A stretch of 64,000 nucleotides of DNA, from assembly GCA_951406725.2 (NCBI GenBank), contig OX597823.1:48546001-48610000 (forward strand). The letters are read 5' to 3'. The DNA is from Octopus vulgaris (taxonomy: Eukaryota). Position 1 is the stretch's first letter. Each line of letters opens with the position of its first letter. This document shows, piece after piece, positions 55,501 through 64,000 of the stretch. Position numbers and translations under genes: made by a program. Under the pieces are notes generated by a model. That model did not search any database, was not told the DNA's origin, and saw only the letters and a list, made by a program, of their open reading frames with translations.

Positions 55501-58117
55501 CATTACATTTTACTGCATAAAGTTTTGCCATTAAAAAAAAGCACTAAAAACGTAATATAACAGGAAACATGGTAGAATAAAGAAAAATGCAAACTCAATA
55601 TGTTAATTACTATATAGCATAACACTTCAGTATTTCCATAAAGGACCAAAGAAGGTGACATGACATATGTATTGGATTCAGTTTAAATAACAATATAACT
55701 TTACTTTAGGATATGCAAATAGATATGTCAAATAGCATATGAATTTTTACAGCATAGTAAACAATTCAAATATTATTCATAACCATCATCATTTTGACAA
55801 TTGCGATATTAAAATACTTTATATAAACTGCACTTATTAATAGAATTCTTCGAGTGCATATTTTTCAATGTCTACTTAAATATAAAACCTTTTTCTCATT
55901 TCTGAACTAGGGCATTACTTAATTCATCAAACTTGCCTTTGTATTCACTGTTAGATACAGTAGCATATAACAATACTTTGATATCTGTTTTCCATGCTTG
56001 CTAAGATGATTTTGTTTGTTTGTATTTTATGTTTACATACTTTCATTTTGTTCTATACATGTATGATAACATAGTACATCATTTAATGTTTGAATCTACT
56101 AGTACAAAAGAAATAAGTATTATAATACTCTCTTACTTAAGCATATATTATAGCAAAATATAAACTATTACACAATATGTGATATCTAGGTACCTTATGA
56201 TCACCATTTTTCTCTTTGTAGCTCCTACTGGTTCATTTTCACTCTCCTTTTTAAACATTGTAAAGGAGTCATGTATATCATCTACAAGGGCCTGTACTGC
56301 CCCTTCCTTTCTTTCATACTGTAACTCTCATCATCTAGCATAAAGTGATCTCCCCTCACTCACACACACACACAAACACACACACACACCTTGGATTTTG
56401 TAGTCTTGTGACCTGTATGGCAACCTCACAAGCGCTGGTGGCATAAAAAAGAGCCCCTAGTATATTCTGTAATGCAGTTGGCATTAGGAAGGTCATCCGA
56501 CCATAGAAACCATGCCAAAGCAGACACTGGAGTGCAATGCAGTCCCTAAGCTCATTGGATCCTGTCAAATCATACAACCAGCCTGGAACATGGATATTGT
56601 TCATGATGATGAAGATGAAGATGATGATGATGATGATGATGACAATGATGACGTTGATGTGATTGTGTTGAAATGAGGCTTTAGTTAAGTTAAAACTTTT
56701 TTCAAATTCATCATTTATTTTTTTAATTATTACTCTACTCTAGGCACAAGGACCGAAATTTTTGGAGAGGGTGTCAGTCGATTAAACTGACCCCACTACA
56801 CAACTAATACTTAATTGATCGACCCCAAAAGGATGAAAGGCAAAGTCAACCTCAACAGAATTTGAACTCAGAACGTAAAGACAGACGAAATACCACTAAG
56901 CATATTGCCCGGCGGACTAACATTTCCGCTAGCTTGCTGCCTTTTTTTAATTACTATTGTCAGTGGTACACATGGCACCTAACAGATGTCACAATGCCAG
57001 CCAATCTTGAGTAAATTCACAAAGTTTGCTAAGTCAATATTAACAAGTATCAGAGTTTGTTCATTTGAGTCCATACACAGAGGTACTCTGTGTATGATGC
57101 ATAAGCTAAGATTTCCAGGCAGTGAATTACTGTTCATTTTCAACTGCAGTGACTGAATGTTAATAACATTCTCTTGACATCAAGGTGACGAGCTGGCAGA
57201 AACGTCAGCATGCTAGGTGAAATGCTCAGCAGTATTTCATCTGTCTTTATGTTCTGAGTTCAAATTCTGCCGAGGTTGACTTTGCCTTTCATTCTTATGG
57301 GATCGATAAATTGATTAATCGACTGGCCCCCCTCCCCCAAAATTTCAGGGTTTGTGCCTAGAGCAGAAAAGAACATTCTCTTGGCATCTTATGGCAATGT
57401 CAGCAATACTGTAATTAGTAATTATATGAAATACAGTGTCTAGATAATCTGGGACTTTTAATTTGTGTCAACATGGTAGACCAAAGGGCAATCTATGAGC
57501 AGAAAAACAATACAATGCAAAGCATCCTTCTGAAATGTTGAAATTTCTTCCCTTTCTTCATATTATAACACATTGATTTGATATTGTTAGTCTTCCTTTA
57601 CTTGTTTGTTTAGTTTAGTTTTGTTTATTTTTGTTTCTTGTTTATTCTTTTCTTTTTGCACATAAATTGATGAAATAACTATATGCTTTTATGCTGTCTG
57701 TTATGGTAATTCAGTGAAATCAATCAAAAATTTTTGGAATCGCTGATAACATTCATAATAATATGTTGTCTGTAATTGGATACAATGAGTAAAACTACTT
57801 TTTAACACACAAAATCATTCTTAATATGGCATTTGAGATACTTTTTTTTCCTTACCAAACACTTTAGAATTGGATAAGAAACTAAAACAAGAATTACAGT
57901 ATTGAATTATAGGTGATGGATAATACATTGCAAAATCACAAACTAGGATAATGGTTCATCATTATCATCATTCAACATATGTTTTCCATACTGGCATGGA
58001 TTGGATGGTTTGACAAGAGCTGGCAAGCTGAAGAGATGCACCAAGTTCCAGACATCTGTTTTGGCATGGTTTCTACAGCTAGATACCCTTAACACCAACA
58101 ACTTTACAAAGTGTATT

Positions 58118-58500
58118 GGGTGCTTTTTATGTGTGGGCCAACATGGGTGCTTTTTACATGGAGCCAGCATGGATGCTTTTTACATGGCACCAACATAGGT
58201 GTTGTTTATGTGGCACAAGCACAGGTGCATTTTTTGTGGTGCCAGCATGGCTGCTTTGTATGCGGTACTAGCACAGGTACTTTTTACATGGAGCCAGTAT
58301 CAATGGTTTTTATGTGACACCAGCATGGATGCTTTTTATGGGCACCAATATGAGTGCTTTGAATGTGGTACCAGCACAGGTGCTTTTTACATGATACCAG
58401 CATGGAAGCTTTTTATGTGGCATCAGCATGGGTGCTTTTTACGTAGCACCAGCATGGGTGCTTTTTACATGGGGCCAGCACAGATGCATTTTACATGACG
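58118..58500. repeat. About 26-bp degenerate minisatellite (~14 copies) within a family D element
   Basis: Unit approximately GGGTGCTTTTTACATGGCACCAGCAT. Shorter arrays occur at ~48540-48610 and, in opposite orientation, at ~61200-61345. Confidence 0.8.
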
Positions 58501-59345
58501 CCAACAGCCACAAGATCGCCAAGTAGCTTGCCAGACAAGGGCATCTCAGTGGAGAGAGGGAGAAAAACTGAGGGAGGTGATTGTAGTTGAGAATTGTATC
58601 AGAGAAAAGGCAGCAAAATCGGTACCAGTAACACCTCCTATAAGATACCTTTGAATATCAGATTAAGAAAAGGAATGCTTTCGACAGAACAATTTTGATT
58701 TTCAAAAATTAAATCAAGCACAAAATCATAATTTTTCTAATGAAAAATCTAGTTAAACATTTTTTGAAAGATAATCTGGAACGACTTAAATTAAGCAGAT
58801 GAAAACAGATAGCGGTGAAAGACAACTGCATTTTTTGTTTTACAATAAACAAGTCTCAATTATATCTTTGGTTAATTAAAAAAAATGACATAAATGATAT
58901 AATTCTAAGCTAACTACTATACAGTATTTACTTTCATTTCCACACATTCTAAATTTACATCCTGTTGTTCACTATTGAAGTACTGATAAAAGGATTATCA
59001 GGCATGTAATGGTGTCATTTCGACTAATTATACTCAGCCTCTTTAAATTTGTGGTGAGGAATTATTATTTTCCCAAGGGTCAGGGGATTGTAAGAGTTGT
59101 TATAGTGTCGGAATTGTTAGAGAATCAGATTAAATAAGTAACCAGTCATGTATGGGATAGGGGTAAGGGTTGATATAATTGACTAACTCCGCTCTCCTCA
59201 AATTAGCTGGCCTTTTGCCTAAATTAGAAACAATAATATTTAGATTATAACATTTGGTTTTACATCTGCAGATTTAAAAACATTTTGCAACCTATTTTTG
59301 TGTATTGTTTATGAAGTCATTTCCTTGTATATGGTCTTCCAAGAA

Positions 59346-59578
59346 AAGGCGGCGAGCTAGCAGAAGCGTTAGCACGCCGGGCGAAATGTGTAGCCGTATT
59401 TCGTCTGCCATTACGTTCTTAGTTCAAATTCCGCCGAAGTCAACTTTGCCTTTCATCCTTTCGGGGTCAATAAATTAAGTACCAGTTACGCACTGGGGTC
59501 GATGTAATCGACTTAATCCGTTTATCTGTTCTTGTTTGTCCCCGCTGTGTGTAGCCCCTTGTGGGCAGTAAAGAAATA
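59346..59578 (+). mobile_element. tRNA-derived SINE family B, young copy with 14-bp TSD
   Basis: aaggcggcgagctagcagaagcgttagcacgccggg...gttcaaattccgcc (B box), CpG-rich, flanked by the perfect direct repeat GGTCTTCCAAGAAA. Related copies lie at about 23720-23935-, 28760-28972-, 35205-35395-, 41298-41485+, 47920-48150-, 48173-48395-, 56735-56942- and 57182-57370+. Confidence 0.85.
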
Positions 59579-60461
59579 GGTCTTCCAAGAAATGAGGTGG
59601 GATGGGGACACAAACACAAAGTTAGCGAAAAAATCAGGCAAAGACAGCTGCAACTATCTAATCACTGCATGCACTACCCTGAACTGGAAATATGTAAATT
59701 AATCTTGTGGAAACCACTTCATAGTAATGTAAGAAGTAAAATAAAGTAAAATTACCTTCCTCAGTCATGCCCATTCATAAGGGCCGATTTCCTGGTTTCC
59801 ATGGTGTATATATTCCCCACCTGGATGGGACACCAGTCTATCGCAGGACTGCTCATTTTTGCCAGCTGAGTGGAATGGAGCAACATGAAATAAAGTGTTT
59901 TGTTCAAGAACACAATGTGTTACCCGGTCCAGGAATCGAAACCACAATCTTACAATCATGAGTTCAATACCCTAACAGCTAAGCCACGCGCCTCCATGAT
60001 GAAAGAAGACGAAAACATTGTCATACTTACACCAACAACTTGACTGTAGATACTGGTCTGGAATGTATCCAAGACCTTGAGGCTGTGATGATGCACTGAG
60101 AACTGTAGCAGGTGAACTTTGTCATTGCAGTTTGGGATGGGACCTGACCATAGCACCATAGCACCATAACACACACACATTATGGGGCAACAACAGAAGA
60201 CATTTTCCCAAGTAAAAGGGCATTACGCCTTAACTCCAAACCCTTGTGGTTGCAAAACAAGCTTCTTAACAACACAATCATGCTTGTGCTTGGTATAATC
60301 TATTTCAGAATTTGTGACCAAAAATCTGAGATAAATCAAATGTATACATATAGAATTGGTTTGCATAACATAGTAACTAAAAGTCAAGAAGGAATTAGGA
60401 AGATTGATTTTTGTTATCTCTCTCTTTCTATTTTTTTTTTTCAGTGTGTAAATGATTTAAG

Positions 60462-60740
60462 AGAAAAATTGGATATAAGAGGCTTCAGTTGTAGTGTGCA
60501 GGAGAGAAGACTGTGCTGGTAAGGTCATGTGATGCATATGGATGAAGGTAGCTACATAAAGTAGTGCAGATCTCTAAATGTGGAGGGAACCTGTGGAAAG
60601 GATAGACCTAGGAAGACATGGGACGAAGTGGCAAGAAAGGATCTTCAGATACTGAACCTCACTGAGGAGATGACAACGGATTGAGACTACAAGCAATTTG
60701 TTGTACTTAAGAAGACATGTCAAGCTACATAAAATCATGG
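60462..60740 (+). mobile_element. RTE-clade LINE C-terminal fragment
   Basis: REKLDIRGFSCSVQERRLCW*GHVMHMDE...VEGTCGKDRPRKTWDEVARKDL. Confidence 0.8.
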
Positions 60741-61576
60741 CCATCGATTTACAGCCATAACTCCACTTCTCTTCACACACCCACACATAACTCTGTTCTC
60801 TAGCAAAACTCACCTACAACTATCTCCCCCAATCCCACCACCACCCACAACAGGCCCCTCCAGTTTCCTTTCAACATCGCTTGTTGTCTCTAAATATCTC
60901 CTGCATACTCTCTGTGCTACTTATACTCTGCCCTCTCCCAATGATGTTCCCCATGGGTAGGCTCTCTCTCACTCTGACTGTCTCAATCTTTCTCTCCTTT
61001 GCACCCACCTCACCCTGTTTCCTTGTCCTACTGGGGTTACCAAGTATCTCCTCTATAGAAAGACAGTTATCCATGATCTTCTTTCATACTCCAGCCTCTC
61101 CCCTGGAACATGGCCACACTTCATAGTTCCTCTCTCTCTCTGTCTCTCAATTGAGTCATCTTTGTCTTGCAAGCTACTTGGCAACCTCACAGGTACTGGT
61201 GCCATATAAAAAATGCTTGTGCTGGCACCACATAAAAAGACCCATGTTGGTGCCATATAAAAAGCATGCATGTTGGCCCCACATATAAAACACCCATTCC
61301 AATGCCACATATAAAATACCTATGCCAGCACCACATAAAAGCACCCAGTACACACTGTGAAATGGTTGGCATTAAGAAAGGCATCCAGCTTGCCAGCTTT
61401 TGTTAAACTGTCCGACCCAAGCCAGAATGGAAAATAGACATTAAATGATGACAAGGATGATGATTATGATTTTTGTGAAGGTATTAGTATTATGACAAGA
61501 TACAAAGCTATTATTATTATTATGTAGTGCGGGCACTGTATATTGAGAATACTGTATATTGAAACTATGTATTGAT

Positions 61577-61985
61577 AGGCGCAGGAGTGGCTGTGTGGTA
61601 AGTAGCTTGTTTACCAACCACATGGTTCTGGGTTCAGTCCCACTGCGTGGCACCTTGGGCAAGTGCCTTCTACTATAGCCTCGGGCCGACCAAAGCCTTG
61701 TGAGTGGATTTGGTAGACGGAAACTGAAAGAAGCCCGTCGTATATATGTATATATATGTATATGTGTGTGTGTGTCTGTGATTGTTCCCCTAGCATTGCT
61801 TGACAACCGATGCTGGTGTGTTTATGTCCCCGTTACTTAGCGGTTCGGCAAAAGAGACCGATAGAATAAGTACTGGGCTTACAAAAGAATAAGTCCTGGG
61901 GTCGGGTTGCTCGATTAAAGGTGGTGCTCCAGCATGGCCGCAGTCAAGTGACTGAAACAAGTAAAAGAGAGTAAAAAAAGAGAGT
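61577..61985 (+). mobile_element. tRNA-derived SINE family A, best-preserved copy
   Basis: A-box-like TGGCTGTGTGG, B-box-like GGTTCAGTCCC, then gcaccttgggcaagtg, an internal (TA/TG)n tract and a tail ending gactgaaacaagtaaaagag. Other copies or fragments lie at about 3428-3880+, 9985-10290-, 14370-14600-, 18845-19252-, 27230-27650+, 27760-28460-, 30298-30465+, 30470-30835-, 31960-32150+, 39340-39715+, 40190-40560-, 48878-49290+, 49310-49500+, 51455-51810+ and 63065-63850-. Confidence 0.85.
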
Positions 61986-62631
61986 ATAGGATCATATTAA
62001 TGCATGCTTTTTTGTGTTTTTGCTCATGATTAGGTATATCTAAGGTGACTGTTGATCCATATTCTGTTATGTCTGAGGAGAGTCATTTTCTTTTTGTGAC
62101 TTATAATGTAACAAACTCACCGGTAAAATTTCCACTTATTTCTTATTTTTATTTTCCTAAATAAGTGGAAATTTTACCGGTGAGTGTGTTACATTATAAG
62201 GCACAAAAAAAAATGACTCTCCCCAGACACAACAGAATATGCTTCAACACATGAACTCATATAAAGAATCTTGCAAACCAAATCCCAAAACGAAATGTTG
62301 TTCCATAGATTTCAACTTGTCAACTGACTGAAAATTCTGAATGTGGAAGGATTGCAAGTGAAAGCCGACAAATATTTTATGGAACCCTGTATGACATGAC
62401 ACAACAAATGTATATCAATAAGGAAATACAAAAAAAGAGATTAATGTAAAATCCACAGCATGATAAAATAACTCATTTGATGTGGCCAGCCAATGCCAGC
62501 TTGGAAAGAAAAGCAAAATGGTAAGTGGCATTTACAAAGGAAGTTTAAAATCCCTGTTGAAAATACATAATGAAACAAGGATCAAAAGTAAAATTTGTTC
62601 TTTTCTCAAAGAAACAGCAAATACTTCTTAC

Positions 62632-62689
62632 CATTATCATCCGGTTTTTTAGTAGAATTACCATCAGCAACAACAACAGTAGCAGCAGC

Positions 62690-62723
<34 letters not shown>

Positions 62724-62871
62724 GTAGCTGCTACAACAACTTCTTCGGCATTCTCAATATCACTAATAGATGGCAAACGAGCAGCAGTTGGAGATTCATT
62801 ACGGCTAGAAAGTGTTCCATCATCACTAACACAAATCCATGCTGAATTACGTGTACTTTCAGCATAGATGC
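62632..62871 (-). CDS. Pdzph1: Coding exon of PDZ+PH protein (Pdzph1-like), low-complexity region with poly-Ala/Thr tract
   Basis: Acceptor ttttcttctatttcttAG, donor G|GTAAGA, 240 bp, phase 1/1, open: (x)IYAESTRNSAWICVSDDGTLSSRNESPTAARLPSISDIENAEEVVVAATAAAAAAATAAAAAATVVVADGNSTKKPDDN. Joins in frame (G+AG=E) to exon 45721-45542. The symbol is inferred from domain architecture, not from a database search. Confidence 0.75.
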
Positions 62872-63320
62872 CTAAGAAATAGAAGAAAATTGTCCTTTAC
62901 AATATTTAATAGCATTTTATTGTCTGGGGAGTTAAAGAAAATTTAAATGATATTTCTCGTTTTCTCTCTCTCTCTCTTTCTTATGCACACATATACACAA
63001 CACTCTTTCAACTACTTGTATTCACACATAAACACAATTAAGAGAGATTATACATATTATCTTTGATCTTTTACTTGTTTCAGCCATTAGACTGTGGCCA
63101 TGTTGGGGCAATACTTTGAAGAATTGAATCAACCCCAGTACTTTTTTTTTAAGCCTGATTCCATCAATTTCTTTTGCTGAGCCATTAGGTTACAGGGATG
63201 TAAACACATCAACACTAGTTGGTAAGCGATGATGGGGAATAAACACAGACACAGAGACATATGCACATATATACATCCCATGCTAGCACGATATATAAAT
63301 ATATATATATATACACACAC

Positions 63321-63351
<31 letters not shown>

Positions 63352-64000
63352 TATATATACATACATGTATATACATACATATAGATATAAAAATATATAC
63401 ATACTTGTATATACATACATATAGATATAAATATATATATACGTACATGTATATACATACATATAGATATAAATATATATATACATACATGTATATACAT
63501 ACATATACAAGATATAAATATATATATACATATATAGATATAAATATATATATACATATATATAGATATAAATATATATATACATATATATAGATATAAA
63601 TATAAATATACATATTAATATATACATATAAATATATATATACATATATATATACATACATATATATACACATACACGCTTATTATATATATATACACAC
63701 ACATATGTATACAATGAGCTTCTTTCAGTTTCTGTCTACCAAATCTATCCACAAGGCTTTGTTTGGTCTGAGGCTATAGTAGAAGAAACTTGTCCTAGGT
63801 AACATATAGTGGACTGAACCCAGAACCATGTGGTTGGGAAGAAAAAACTTCTTACAAAATTTTGTGAATGCTCGTTTCTAACATCCTGGTGACTATTTCA
63901 CATATTACCCCCATAGAATCCTACCAAAATTTCACTAATATTAATAATAGAAAGAAAATAATTGTAACTTATTGTAATCACTCAGACAACTATCAACTAC

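Noticed and set aside
59346-59440. tRNA-like A/B boxes
   Set aside because: These are heads of multi-copy SINEs with TSDs and tails, not tRNA genes.
60031-60102. 72-bp GT-AG bounded segment on the - strand (VLSASSQPQGLGYIPDQYLQSSCW)
   Set aside because: Joining it to the next exon creates TAG, and the polypyrimidine tract is weak. A poison exon cannot be excluded but is unsupported.

Overview
This is AT-rich, microsatellite- and retroposon-dense animal genomic DNA. The repeat families resemble those I associate with Octopus (coleoid cephalopod); that assignment is an inference. All or most of the window lies inside one minus-strand gene. Five phase-compatible GT-AG exons (62871-62632, 45721-45542, 29589-29491, 27179-27069, 24224-24031) join into an open frame encoding a low-complexity region with a poly-Ala tract, a complete PDZ domain, and the first half of a PH domain (Pdzph1-like architecture). 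None of these exons is annotated as such in the ORF track, and both ends of the gene are unresolved. The introns hold tRNA-derived SINEs, RTE and CR1-group LINE remnants, two mariner remnants, hAT and piggyBac-like MITEs, and a Penelope-like GIY-YIG remnant. The most notable signal is a set of minimal type-I hammerhead ribozyme motifs (CUGANGA...GAAA...GUH). They sit in small, often fold-back elements embedded in (TA)n tracts. Almost all ORFs in the supplied track are microsatellite or repeat artefacts.
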